64,000 nucleotides of DNA. Origin: an uncultured delta proteobacterium (GTDB taxonomy: Bacteria; Desulfobacterota; Binatia; Binatales; Binataceae). The notes under the pieces were generated by a model, which was not told the DNA's origin, searched no databases, and saw nothing but the letters and a program-made list of their open reading frames with translations. This document shows, in pieces, positions 10,540-20,407 of this stretch (its first letter is position 1; the number at the start of each line of letters is the position of its first letter). The stretch spans positions 263,790-327,789 of the forward strand of contig CAVXGH010000006.1 of assembly GCA_963761255.1 (NCBI GenBank). The letters are read 5' to 3'. Position numbers and translations under genes: made by a program.

Positions 10540-11031
10540 GCCGAGGTCCATTGTAATCGCGCATACGCGTTCGACCAACAGGATGATGCGCACGTGGCTC
10601 AGCTTGTCGAACTTGGTATAGACGTGCGTAGCGGTCGGCGGGTCGGTCGGGAACACGGATTGCGCCGCTTCCTCGAACAGGTGCAGCGAGGCAATCACCT
10701 CCTGCATCGGGACCCCACGCTCGACTAACTGCTCGCCGAGCATGAACACCCCGCGCGCGTAAGCATCCATATCCTTGCGCAAAAGCGCGTCCTGATTGTG
10801 CAGCAGCGGTGGTTCGAAAATCTCGCGGAACTGATTTTCCAGCAATGTGCGGCGATCACCGAAATGGAGTTCGTAGAGCCGATACCAGGCGCTGACTACT
10901 TCTGCGCGCCGGTCGCGGACCGCGATCAGGACCTCGCGCAACTCCTCGAGGTCTTCGTCCCACAAAAGATGGAAATACCGGGGCGGACTGGTCCGGGTCG
11001 GCGTAACTGCAGTCGGGCCTGAAACTGGCAT
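10540..11031 (-). CDS. N-terminal helical sensory domain that probably belongs to the same sigma-54 activator, but lies in a different frame (frameshift or separate overlapping gene)
   Basis: First ~165 aa of ORF 10105..11031 look like a real domain (…WYRLYELHFGD…LHLFEEAAQ…); the remainder of that ORF is an out-of-frame read of the AAA+ gene. Confidence 0.45.
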
Positions 11032-11159
11032 ATTCGACCGGTGAGCCTCCGCTTGGTCAAGCGTTAGAATGTCAGGTATGCGACATCGTTCTCCTATTTT
11101 GCCTCGATGCTGTCAAGAGTAACTGCGAGATATCGTGAACACCTCATGAGTTGTTATAG

Positions 11160-11437
11160 CGCGGGCCAATAAATCTATCGCGAATCAACCTTCGAGGCAC
11201 TTCTCGCCCGACGAAGTTAACGCGCACCAGCGTACCTTCATCGTCGCACCGATGAGGACCGGCGGACACCCATATCCCTCTCGCGCGCCGCGCCGTTTCG
11301 CCTCGCAGGCGAGGCAAGTCGTGCTTGATCAAATCCGCACCGTCGATCGCGAGCGTTTGATCCGCAAACTAGGCCGACTCTCAGCCCCAACGGTGCAAAG
11401 CGTCCTCCGGGTGCTTCAGGAGATGTGCGCGCCCTGA
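11160..11437 (+). pseudogene. MazF/PemK-family toxin remnant (C-terminal half only; N-terminus degenerate, no start, no cognate antitoxin)
   Basis: …FIVAPMRTGG…QARQVVLDQIRTVDRERLIRKLGRLSAPTVQSVLRVLQEM matches PemK/MazF C-terminus (VVVPVTSGG…CDQPRTIDMKAR…VLGRLSTIL). Confidence 0.4.
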
Positions 11438-11770
11438 TTCGTCTCCTTCGGTGATAATGATTTCGGCTGTGCCCAAAAAGTCTGCCGATTGCGATCCGAC
11501 TCGATGCGTGGCTCAGTGCGATCCGCGAATATTTCTCGCGTCCGTGGAGCGAAAAACTCTTCCGAGTCTTCGGTCGAGGGAGGCTGCATCATTGGAGGAA
11601 AGCTACCCTCTGATAACTGAGCCTGTCGGCTGAAAGGTGCCGTCGATTTCACGGTCGTCTCCGCGACGGGTGGTGTGTTAGGTTCATCTCTGCATGCGGT
11701 GATGATCGCGCCGCTTTCCAAAGCGATCGATGCTCAACTAATCTAAACGCAGGCATCCGCCGGAATGCCG

Positions 11771-11817
11771 CATAGGCGTCAGCCGGGATATAACCATAGG
11801 CGTCAGCCGGAATATAA
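11771..11817 (+). promoter_or_regulatory. 23-bp direct repeat ×2 (CATAGGCGTCAGCCGGRATATAA) abutting the start codon of the AAA+ gene; possible regulator binding site / RBS-proximal element
   Basis: Two near-identical tandem copies at 11771-11793 and 11795-11817; no sigma54 -24/-12 consensus found. Confidence 0.25.
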
Positions 11818-13233
11818 ATGGATCAAAATCTGCTCAATCTGCGTACCTTCGGCGAACTCAAAAGCGCCGGTTACAAAATCAGGCCGGTCAGAATCGAAAT
11901 GCGCGACAACCTCCTGACGCGCCTGCGCAACAAAGAGCGCATCATGCCCGGCATCATCGGCTACGATGACACCGTGCTGCCGGAAATCGAGAACGGCGTG
12001 CTCGCTGGCCATCACATGGTGTTCCTCGGCGAACGGGGCCAGGCCAAGTCCCGCATCATCAGGTCGCTGGCGCTGTTCCTGGATGAATACGTGCCGGCGA
12101 TCAAAGGATGCGAGATCAACGATGATCCCTCGGCGCCGATTTGCCAGCGCTGCCGCCGCCTCAAGACGGAACAGGGCGACCAGCTCGAGATTGCCTGGAT
12201 CGGCCGCGACCATCGCTATGCCGAAAAGCTGGCGACCCCCGATGTTTCGGTTGCCGATCTGATTGGCGAAATCGATCCGATCAAAGTTGCCGAGGGCCGC
12301 TACCTCGCCGATGAAGAGACGATTCACTACGGACTGATCCCGCGCATCAACCGCGGCATCTTCGCCATCAACGAGCTGCCTGATCTCACCGAGAAAGTGC
12401 AGGTCGGTCTGTTCAATTTGATGGAGGAAAAAGACGTCCAGATTAAGGGCTACAAGATTCGCCTGCCTATCGATGTGGTTTTCTGCGCGAGCGCGAACCC
12501 CGAGGATTACACCTCACGCGGCCGCATCATCACGCCGCTGAAGGATCGCTTCGACATCCAGATTCGGACTCATTATCCGAAGACCCTGGAGCAGGAAATC
12601 GCGGTGATGGAGCAGGAGGCGACGCTGCCCCCAGAATCCGGGATGGCGCTGCGCGTCCCGCAGTTCGTCAAGGAGATCGTCGCGCAGATCACTTTCGAAG
12701 CGCGCGGCTCCAACGAGATCAATCAAAGCTCGGGCGTGTCGGTGCGCGTATCGATCAACAATTTCGAATCGATTCTGTCCAATGCCGAGAAACGCGCGGT
12801 CATCAACAACGAGAACGAAATCGTGCCGCGGGTGTCGGACCTTCATTCGCTGTATGCCTCGACGGCCGGGAAGATCGAGCTCGAATACGTCGGCGAGGAC
12901 AAAAAGGAAGGCGATCTCATCGAGCGGCTGATCAATCGCGCAGTGCTGAAGACCTTCGATCGCTACTTCAAGATGGACGACCCGCAGCTCAAAAAGGTCG
13001 CCAACTATTTCGAAGGCGGATGGGGCGTCGAGGTTTCCGACCACTCGCCGTCATCGGAGTACACCGAGCCGATTCGCGAGGTCGAAGGGTTGCGCGACGC
13101 GATTCTTTCGCTCGGACCGTTCGAGACGCCGGGCTTGATGGCGGCGGCGAGCGAGCTGATTTTCGAGGGCCTCCATCTGCATCAGAAGCTGAATAAGGAT
13201 CGCGAGGGCGGACGTTTCTCCTACCACGCCTAG
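11818..13233 (+). CDS. AAA+ ATPase, Mg-chelatase ChlI/BchI-like family (partner of VWA protein)
   Basis: Variant Walker A GERGQAKS, ChlI-like core (…INRGIFAINELPDL…LMEEKDVQIKG…CASANPEDY…); immediately followed by a VWA gene. Confidence 0.7.
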   Translation: MDQNLLNLRTFGELKSAGYKIRPVRIEMRDNLLTRLRNKERIMPGIIGYDDTVLPEIENGVLAGHHMVFLGERGQAKSRIIRSLALFLDEYVPAIKGCEINDDPSAPICQRCRRLKTEQGDQLEIAWIGRDHRYAEKLATPDVSVADLIGEIDPIKVAEGRYLADEETIHYGLIPRINRGIFAINELPDLTEKVQVGLFNLMEEKDVQIKGYKIRLPIDVVFCASANPEDYTSRGRIITPLKDRFDIQIRTHYPKTLEQEIAVMEQEATLPPESGMALRVPQFVKEIVAQITFEARGSNEINQSSGVSVRVSINNFESILSNAEKRAVINNENEIVPRVSDLHSLYASTAGKIELEYVGEDKKEGDLIERLINRAVLKTFDRYFKMDDPQLKKVANYFEGGWGVEVSDHSPSSEYTEPIREVEGLRDAILSLGPFETPGLMAAASELIFEGLHLHQKLNKDREGGRFSYHA

Positions 13234-13249
13234 GAAACAGGAAAGCGCG

Positions 13250-14845
13250 ATGGGCACCATCCTTCGCTACACCCAATGGGACGGCACTCAGCAGCTCAAG
13301 CTGGACGCCGACAAGGTCTTCGAGAAACTCGCCGAGTACCTCTCGTACACCGACGACGTCCGCCAGGCTATGGACTGGATGATGCGCCAGGGGATGGATT
13401 TCGACGGGATGCGGGTGATGGGCCTCGATGAGTTCCTCGAGCAGCTGCGCCAGGAGATGCGCGAGCGTTATCGTGAGGTAAATCTCAAGAACGCGCTGTC
13501 GGAGATGGAGCAGAAGCTCGAAGACCTCCTCAATCAGGAACGCAAGACACTCGACTCGCTCAAAGGTAAGAAGCCAGGAGTCGAGGACAAGAATCGCGAA
13601 CTGAGCAAGATGCCGCGCAAGCTTTCGGAAGCCATCCGCAAGCTTGAAAGCTACGACTTCGAAGACGCGGACGCGAAGGAAGCCTTCGACGAGTTGCTGG
13701 AAGAGTACGAAAACATTCGCGACCTCGAGAATTTCAAGGATCGCAATCAGCATCTTTTTCATGGGCCGAAGAGCCTGAACTACGAGCAGTCGCTGGACCT
13801 CATGAAAGAGATGGAGCGCATGCGCCAGCTCGAACAGGACCTGATGTCGGGCAACTTCGACACCATCTCGATGGAAGACCTGCAGCAGATGCTCGGGCAG
13901 CAGGCGATGCAAGATTTCAAGAACCTCAAGCAGGTGATGGTGTTGCTCAACAACTCCGGCTACCTGATGCCGAAGGGTGAGCATTCGCAGTTATCTCCCA
14001 AGGGCGTGCGGCGAATCGGCCAACTGGCCCTGCGCGACATCTTCCAAAGCCTGCTGAAGGATCGCGCCGGCAGTCATACCACTGACCATCGAGGCGTGAC
14101 CGAGATTCGCCCCGATGAGACCAAGACGTACGCATTCGGCGATCCGCTGAACCTCAATCTGGTGGGCACTTTGAAGAAGGCGCTCGCGCGCAAGCCCGGG
14201 GTGCCGCTGCAGCTCAACCCCGAGGACTTCGAGATCTACGAAAACGACTACGGCAGCTCCTCCTCGACGGTGCTATGCCTCGATATGTCGTGGTCGATGA
14301 GCTGGGAAGGACGCTTTGCCGCGGCCAAGAAAGTCGCGATGGCGATGGAAACGCTCATCCGCTCGAAGTTCCCCCGCGATTTTTTCTCGATCGTTGGATT
14401 TTTCACCCGCGCGGTCGAGCTCAAGCTGAAGGATCTCCCCGAGGCGTCCTGGAACATGGGCGATCCATTTACCAATCTGCAGGATGGACTCCGCCTCGCC
14501 TCGGATATGCTCAATCGCCATCCGTCGCGCAATCAGCAGATCATCGTGATCACTGATGGTCAGCCCACGGCTTACTTTCTGAACAAGCGCCTCTATTGCG
14601 AATGGCCCCTGTCCTTCGGCGGCATCAGCATGCGAGCCGCCCAGGAAACGCTGAAGGAGGTCGAGCGGGTGACGCGTAAGGGCATCACCATCAACACCTT
14701 CATGCTCGATGATTCGCCGAGCTTGCGCGCCTTCGTCGAAAAGATGACACAGATCAATCGTGGCCGCGCGCTATACACGCGGCCCGATCATTTAGGCGAG
14801 TACATGTTGGTCGATTATCTCGCGAAGAAGAAAAAGCGCGGCTAG
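13250..14845 (+). CDS. VWA (von Willebrand factor A) domain protein with coiled-coil N-terminal region
   Basis: C-terminal MIDAS DMSWSMS … ITDGQPT; typical partner of ChlI/MoxR-like AAA+ ATPases. Confidence 0.8.
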   Translation: MGTILRYTQWDGTQQLKLDADKVFEKLAEYLSYTDDVRQAMDWMMRQGMDFDGMRVMGLDEFLEQLRQEMRERYREVNLKNALSEMEQKLEDLLNQERKTLDSLKGKKPGVEDKNRELSKMPRKLSEAIRKLESYDFEDADAKEAFDELLEEYENIRDLENFKDRNQHLFHGPKSLNYEQSLDLMKEMERMRQLEQDLMSGNFDTISMEDLQQMLGQQAMQDFKNLKQVMVLLNNSGYLMPKGEHSQLSPKGVRRIGQLALRDIFQSLLKDRAGSHTTDHRGVTEIRPDETKTYAFGDPLNLNLVGTLKKALARKPGVPLQLNPEDFEIYENDYGSSSSTVLCLDMSWSMSWEGRFAAAKKVAMAMETLIRSKFPRDFFSIVGFFTRAVELKLKDLPEASWNMGDPFTNLQDGLRLASDMLNRHPSRNQQIIVITDGQPTAYFLNKRLYCEWPLSFGGISMRAAQETLKEVERVTRKGITINTFMLDDSPSLRAFVEKMTQINRGRALYTRPDHLGEYMLVDYLAKKKKRG

Positions 14846-15771
14846 CGCCCCGAAGCGCTGAGCTTCGATTTCGCCGATTCCGGCACCGTCCAGGTGCCGC
14901 CGATCTCGCGCAACACCACACGATCCGATTCCGGCCCTGCCGCCGCGAGGAGCCGCGTCATGGGTTCGTGGACCGGTTCCTTGCCCAACTTGAATGTCCC
15001 CCAATGAATCGGCAGCAGCCAGGTTGCGCCGGTCTGTTTGAACATCGACCAGACCTGTTCCGGATTCGCGTGATTCCAGATCCACGGATCATAGGCGCCG
15101 TTCGAAAAGACCGCCACTTCGGGCGGGTCGCTCGCCAGCGGTGCGAACAAATCTGTGTATGCACTGTCGCACGCGATCAGCATCCGATGCCCATCTTTCT
15201 CGAGCACGAAGCTGTCGAAGCCATAGTCAGCACCAAGCGGCGGCCATCGCCTGCCCCAATGGCGCGCGCCCATCGCGGTGATCTTCAACCCGGAGAAGTC
15301 GGTGCTCTCGCCCCACTTCAGTTCGCGCACATCGGCAAAGCCCAGTGGTTTGATGATGCGCGAGCATTTGTCGCATGCGACCACGGTGGCAGTCTTCGGC
15401 AGCGCTTTGAGCGACCGCACATCCAGATGATCCATGTGCGCGTGAGTTATTAAGATGAGTTCCACATCTTGCAACTCGGCCGGCGTGAGTGGAGGTGCGC
15501 TGATGCGCTTGGGACCGATGGTGAACATCGAATCGATCGCGAGCCCTACCCGATCGAATAGCGAAGGATCGGTGAGCACTCGCACGCCGAGGTAGTTCAT
15601 CAGCAGGCAGGCATGGCCGAGGTTCGATACGGTGATGCGATCGTTCGGCCATGTGGCGGGATTCGGTTTAATGGTTGGAGACATCGGTTTATCGGCGCGC
15701 GCGGTCGCGAAAATAGCAATTCCCGCCGCGAGAGCCACGATCACGGCGAGCGCGCGAACAAGATGCCGCAT
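14842..15771 (-). CDS. MBL-fold metallo-hydrolase, secreted (signal peptide)
   Basis: LILITHAHMDHLD metallo-beta-lactamase motif; N-terminal signal MRHLVRALAVIVALAAGIAIFATARA. Confidence 0.75.
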   Translation of the reverse strand: MRHLVRALAVIVALAAGIAIFATARADKPMSPTIKPNPATWPNDRITVSNLGHACLLMNYLGVRVLTDPSLFDRVGLAIDSMFTIGPKRISAPPLTPAELQDVELILITHAHMDHLDVRSLKALPKTATVVACDKCSRIIKPLGFADVRELKWGESTDFSGLKITAMGARHWGRRWPPLGADYGFDSFVLEKDGHRMLIACDSAYTDLFAPLASDPPEVAVFSNGAYDPWIWNHANPEQVWSMFKQTGATWLLPIHWGTFKLGKEPVHEPMTRLLAAAGPESDRVVLREIGGTWTVPESAKSKLSASGR

Positions 15772-15780
15772 AGCTCAAGC

Positions 15781-16398
15781 CTATTCCTCCGGCTCCGGGA
15801 AGCATGGCAGATGTTTGGAGGCGGTGTAGGTGTAATGCTTGCCGTTCCAGTCGAACGTTCCCACCTTCTGTCCGAAATTATCCGCGATACTCATCGCCTG
15901 CTCGCTGTCCTGCGGTGTCTCCGCGACACTGGGAGCGTAGGCGAGATACTGAGGGTCCTTGTCAGGTAGCAGGAATTGCAGCGCCGGGTTGAAATGGAGC
16001 TTGTCGAGGTTGTTTTGCGCGCGCCAGCCGTCGGGCGCGCTCCCTCTGGAGCGATACACCACCCATCGATAGCTGTCGGCAGTTCGCTCGACGCGTATTT
16101 CGCGTGATTCGATCCCGAGTTGCGGCGTGCGGCGGATCTCCTCGATGCCCGGAGGATTACGCACCAGCTGCTCGCATTTCATGACCTTGTCTTCGTCTTT
16201 GTCGGTGTTGGGCTGGTGGGACTGCGAGTTCTCGACCGCGACGGCTTCCGGTGACGCCGGCAACGTTTCGGTATCGTGCGACGACGATGAATTGCCCGTC
16301 AGCCCGCATCCCGGCAATGAGACCAGAAACAAAGCGATCGCGATGGCGCTTACGGCCCGCGAGGTGAACGAGGTGTCGGAGAGTTTCGCTCGCATCAT
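15781..16398 (-). CDS. hypothetical lipoprotein
   Basis: Signal + lipobox (…LVSLPGC…); no recognisable domain. Confidence 0.45.
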   Translation of the reverse strand: MMRAKLSDTSFTSRAVSAIAIALFLVSLPGCGLTGNSSSSHDTETLPASPEAVAVENSQSHQPNTDKDEDKVMKCEQLVRNPPGIEEIRRTPQLGIESREIRVERTADSYRWVVYRSRGSAPDGWRAQNNLDKLHFNPALQFLLPDKDPQYLAYAPSVAETPQDSEQAMSIADNFGQKVGTFDWNGKHYTYTASKHLPCFPEPEE

Positions 16399-17423
16399 AC
16401 TTTATGCGCAATCACCAGCGACGAAGTAAATTGAGGGCTCGGAAGCGCCCGCTCTTGGATGTCGCGGAATCCGGCCTCGCGCATCCACGATGATACCTCA
16501 TCGAAACTGAAATCGCGCCCATGCGTGGTCAAAAGAAGATACAGGGCGAACACCGCTCCCGCCGGCGGATGCGTGAGCGCGCCATTCATGATGTGATCCT
16601 TGACGATCAACATCCCGCCCGGCGCCAGCGCGTCGAAACTTTTCTTTGTCAGCGTGGCATTGGTTTCCTCTGCCTCACTATGGATGATGTTCGACATGAA
16701 GATCGCATCGAAGCCGTGCGGCAACTGCTCTTTTAGATAGTCCACCCGCGCTAGTTCGATGCGATCGTGAACGGTAGGCTCGCGCTCTGCAAGCACTTGA
16801 CCTGCGACTGCGAGAGTTGCGGGGAGATCCCAGATCGAGCCTCGAAGATGCGGCCATCGCTTCAACATCGCGGCGACATAAGTGCCGGGCCCGCCACCGA
16901 GATCGGCGACTTTTCCAATCCTGCTTAAATCGAGATTCTCCGCGACCCAGACTGCGTCGCCACGCGCACGTACGAGGCTATCCATTGCGCGGATAAAGCG
17001 CGCGGTATCCTCCGGCGCGCTTTGAAACATATCGGGAGTGCGCGCCGGATTGCCGGTCCGAATGGAATCTTCCAATCGACCCCACACCTCCCATAACGCG
17101 GCATCGAAGAGAATCATTCCGCCGAGATACTCGGTGGAATCGCGCAGCAGATATCGTCGCGAAGAATCGGTAAGGCCGTAGCGTTGCCCATTTTTATCGA
17201 GTAGGCCCAAGGCCGCAAGCGCATTGGCGAGGAGACCGGTCGCTCTCGCGTCGGTGGCGATCGCCGCCGCGAGCGCAACCGCGTCGAGTTCCTTCTCCGA
17301 TAGCGCTTCGAACAGGCCGAGCTTCAGTGCAACCTGGATCGCGCGGGCCTCGGCATGACCCCCCGCCATCGCGGCAATGTCGCCGAAGCCCATTTCGCGA
17401 GTGGGTGAATTCTTAGCGGACAA
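16395..17423 (-). CDS. class I SAM-dependent O-methyltransferase (family 2, with N-terminal dimerisation domain)
   Basis: SAM motif VADLGGGPGTY; overall COMT/CrtF-like architecture. Confidence 0.75.
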   Translation of the reverse strand: MSAKNSPTREMGFGDIAAMAGGHAEARAIQVALKLGLFEALSEKELDAVALAAAIATDARATGLLANALAALGLLDKNGQRYGLTDSSRRYLLRDSTEYLGGMILFDAALWEVWGRLEDSIRTGNPARTPDMFQSAPEDTARFIRAMDSLVRARGDAVWVAENLDLSRIGKVADLGGGPGTYVAAMLKRWPHLRGSIWDLPATLAVAGQVLAEREPTVHDRIELARVDYLKEQLPHGFDAIFMSNIIHSEAEETNATLTKKSFDALAPGGMLIVKDHIMNGALTHPPAGAVFALYLLLTTHGRDFSFDEVSSWMREAGFRDIQERALPSPQFTSSLVIAHKV

Positions 17424-18021
17424 AATCCTGCGTGACGTAGGTCAGGCCGTCGTTGGACCGCGCAATCCCGATGCCGGTTTCGATGAAATCCGGCGACAGC
17501 AGGTTGGCGCGATGTTCGGGGCTGTCGAGCCATCCTTTGAGTGCGCGCGCACCGAGAGACTCGAGCTTGTGGTAGTCGTCGACATAGATATTTTCGGCAA
17601 TCGCCGTGAATTCCACTCCGACCCCGCGAACGCGATCGGCGGGCGTACTGCCCTCGGGGCTGTTGTGGTCGCGATAATGTCGAATCGCCATGTCATAGCT
17701 GTGTCCGCGCGCGACCACCGCCAGTCGCGGGGAAAACTTCAGCGCCTTGAGTCCGCGCCGCGTCCGTTCGGCATTAACCTCTTTGATGATGTCGGCCTCG
17801 GGCTCGTTCACGCCCGCCATCTCCTCGGGTGAGGGCGGCGAGTTTCGCGTCAGGTAAACACGCATCGCGATGGCGGCCAGCAACGCCGTGATCACTACGC
17901 CGATCCCCGCCTGAACCGCGCGGCGGCGCTTGACCACTTTAGGCGTACGCATCGGAATGATTTTCGCGGGGCCGCGCGGGCGTCTGGCGGTGCCGCGGCC
18001 GGTAGCGGAGGATGTCTTCAT
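17413..18021 (-). CDS. CAP/SCP/PR-1-like domain protein, membrane-anchored/secreted
   Basis: N-terminal TM, C-terminal CAP motifs (GHSYDMA…HYRDHNSPEG…GWLDSPEHRANLL…). Confidence 0.7.
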   Translation of the reverse strand: MKTSSATGRGTARRPRGPAKIIPMRTPKVVKRRRAVQAGIGVVITALLAAIAMRVYLTRNSPPSPEEMAGVNEPEADIIKEVNAERTRRGLKALKFSPRLAVVARGHSYDMAIRHYRDHNSPEGSTPADRVRGVGVEFTAIAENIYVDDYHKLESLGARALKGWLDSPEHRANLLSPDFIETGIGIARSNDGLTYVTQDFVR

Positions 18022-18151
18022 ACCGGGAACCCGTTACAAATGAAATGGGTTTCTAACTTCAGTGAAAATCGGATCGCCATCGCAACCACAAACCGCGGGT
18101 CGCATCCGCAGGCTTCCCGCGACGATTCTCAGCTATCGCGCCACCTCCGAT

Positions 18152-20380
18152 ATGTCAACGCGAAAGCTTGCGGTTGCGCTATTCGTCTTCGCAGTCATGA
18201 TTTTTTGCGTGAGCGGAGTCACGAGCTTTGCCGCGGAACGAACCCTGCCCCTTGATGCGCTGCCTCCGAATGCGCTGAAGAACTCGGCCAGCCTCTACCT
18301 TCGCGAGGCGGCCGGCGGACCAATCAGATGGCAGCCGTGGAACGAAGCGACCTTCGCACTCGCGCGCAAGCTCAAGCGCCCCGTGCTCATCGATATCGGC
18401 GCGGTCTGGTGTCATTGGTGCCACGTCATGGATCAGACGACCTACGCCGACCCCAAGGTTGCCACGATGGTGAACGATCACTTCGTGCCGGTGAAAGTCG
18501 ACAGCGACGAGCGCCCCGACATCGACGGGTACTATCAAGTCGCGGCGCAGAATTTCAGCGTCAGCGGATGGCCGCTCACATGCTTCACTACAGTTGATGG
18601 AGCCCCTCTGCTGATCGCGGGCTACCTGCCGCCAAATGGCGAAGAGCATCGCGGGATGCTCTGGGTGCTCGGCGCGGTGAGCGAGGCCTATAAGAAAGAT
18701 CCCAGATTCGACATGCTGGCGCACGAACTCACGGCGAAGATTGGCGCCGCTGAAATGGCAAGCGGCGCGAAACCGAGCTCGTTTGATGCACTCCGTGGAA
18801 GCATTCTGAAGGGCACGCGGCAAGCATTCGAAGCAGAGGCGCAAGGGCAGGGTGAGGGTGCGAGCTTTTACGATTTTCCGGCGACCCAAGCGATCCTCGC
18901 GCACGGATTCTTTGGCCATCCGGACTTCATCTCGACTGCCGTCACCAGGTTGAAGACCATCGCCGCGGGCGGTGTTTACGATCAGCTCGGCGGCGGGCTC
19001 CATCGCTATTCAGTTGACGCGAAGTGGCGCGTCCCACATTTCGAAAAGATGGCCTATGACCAGGCGATGGCGCTGAAGACCTACGCGCAAGCGTACGAGG
19101 CGACCCATGACGAGGAGTTTGCGCGGATCGCAAAAACCATCGCCGGATACGTCAACGGCACTTTGCTCGATGCGACTTCGCACACCTTCTATTCGCATCA
19201 GGACGCCGATGCGTTCGCGGGCGACGACGGCAGTTACTACACCTGGACCGAGGATGAGGTTCGGCATCTGCTCAAGGAGCGCGACCTTCAGATCGCGCTG
19301 CTGCACTTCGGCTTTACAAACGATCCCGGCCGCGCGCCCGACGGCCGAATCGTCCTGCGCGATGCAATGTCGGCTGACGATATTGCCCATCGGCTTGGAA
19401 TCTCGGCGACGGAGGCCGGCGCATCGATCAACCGCGCCTCGAAAGAAATGCTCAAAGCGAGAGAAAAGCGCCGCGCTCCGCAAGTCGATACCACCATTCT
19501 AATCGATCGCAATGCGTTGATGGCGTCGGCATATATCGCGGCAGCTGAGGCTTGGAATGACGAACAGCTTAAGCGGATCGCCCTCGCGAACCTCGATTAT
19601 CTCTACGCGAACGCACGCGCGGCTGACGGCAGTTTTTATCACGTGCTCGATCGCGGAAAGCCGAGCGTCCCAGGCCTCGCGGCGGATCAGGTTTATATGA
19701 TGAGCGCCTTGCTCGACGGGTATCAGGCGAGCGGCGATCGGAGGTATCTCGAGCATGCGTCATCGCTGGGAGCATTGGTATTCGAGAGCTTCCGCGATCC
19801 GGCGAGCGGTATGTTGAAGAATCGCGCCCCGGCTACGCCGGGGACCGTCCTCACGCAAGCGACGCCGATGGCCCAGGTCTTTTACGATGATCCAACACCC
19901 GCGATTCAGGCCGTGGCCGCCGAGGCGTTCCAGACGCTCGCAGCGTTGACGTCGAATTCGAACGATGCGGACGAGGCGGAGCAACTGCTGCGCCCGGCGT
20001 TGACACGAATCGGATCTTTCGCCGGACCCAACAACGGCGCCCTCGGCCTCGCGCTGGAAAAACATGTCAATGGAGAAGCGGTGGTCGCGATCGCCGGCGC
20101 CGATAACGACTCGCGCACAATGAGTTTGTGGCGCGCCGCGCTGGCGACATACCGTCCCGGCAAGGTGGTTGTGCGGCTGGCGTCGGGCGACAAAAACGCG
20201 CAACTCCCGGACGCGATGAAGGCGATGTACGAAGCCGCCGCGCATCGCGATGCCCCCCTGGCATTCGTATGCGCGGGAACGGCGTGCGCGAACCCGGCGT
20301 CGAATCCGGAGGCTCTGGCAAAAACCATCCGTGACTTCGCGGTGAATCGGCAGAGCTCCGCCAACCTCGCGAATCGCTAA
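18152..20380 (+). CDS. thioredoxin-domain protein of YyaL/DUF255 family (thioredoxin-like domain + six-hairpin glycosidase-like domain), secreted
   Basis: …RWQPWNEATFALARKLKRPVLIDIGAVWCHWCHVMD… DUF255 signature; signal peptide MSTRKLAVALFVFAVMIFCVSGVTSFAA (ORF-track start 18062 is likely too early). Confidence 0.75.
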   Translation: MSTRKLAVALFVFAVMIFCVSGVTSFAAERTLPLDALPPNALKNSASLYLREAAGGPIRWQPWNEATFALARKLKRPVLIDIGAVWCHWCHVMDQTTYADPKVATMVNDHFVPVKVDSDERPDIDGYYQVAAQNFSVSGWPLTCFTTVDGAPLLIAGYLPPNGEEHRGMLWVLGAVSEAYKKDPRFDMLAHELTAKIGAAEMASGAKPSSFDALRGSILKGTRQAFEAEAQGQGEGASFYDFPATQAILAHGFFGHPDFISTAVTRLKTIAAGGVYDQLGGGLHRYSVDAKWRVPHFEKMAYDQAMALKTYAQAYEATHDEEFARIAKTIAGYVNGTLLDATSHTFYSHQDADAFAGDDGSYYTWTEDEVRHLLKERDLQIALLHFGFTNDPGRAPDGRIVLRDAMSADDIAHRLGISATEAGASINRASKEMLKAREKRRAPQVDTTILIDRNALMASAYIAAAEAWNDEQLKRIALANLDYLYANARAADGSFYHVLDRGKPSVPGLAADQVYMMSALLDGYQASGDRRYLEHASSLGALVFESFRDPASGMLKNRAPATPGTVLTQATPMAQVFYDDPTPAIQAVAAEAFQTLAALTSNSNDADEAEQLLRPALTRIGSFAGPNNGALGLALEKHVNGEAVVAIAGADNDSRTMSLWRAALATYRPGKVVVRLASGDKNAQLPDAMKAMYEAAAHRDAPLAFVCAGTACANPASNPEALAKTIRDFAVNRQSSANLANR

Positions 20381-20407
20381 AATTACGCCGCTTGAATTAT
20401 CGACCAA

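Noticed and set aside
11640-11817. Sigma-54 promoter (TGGCAC-N5-TTGCW) upstream of the AAA+/VWA operon, expected from the divergent sigma54 activator
   Set aside because: There is no convincing -24/-12 match by eye. Only the 23-bp direct repeat is present, so no sigma54 promoter was annotated.
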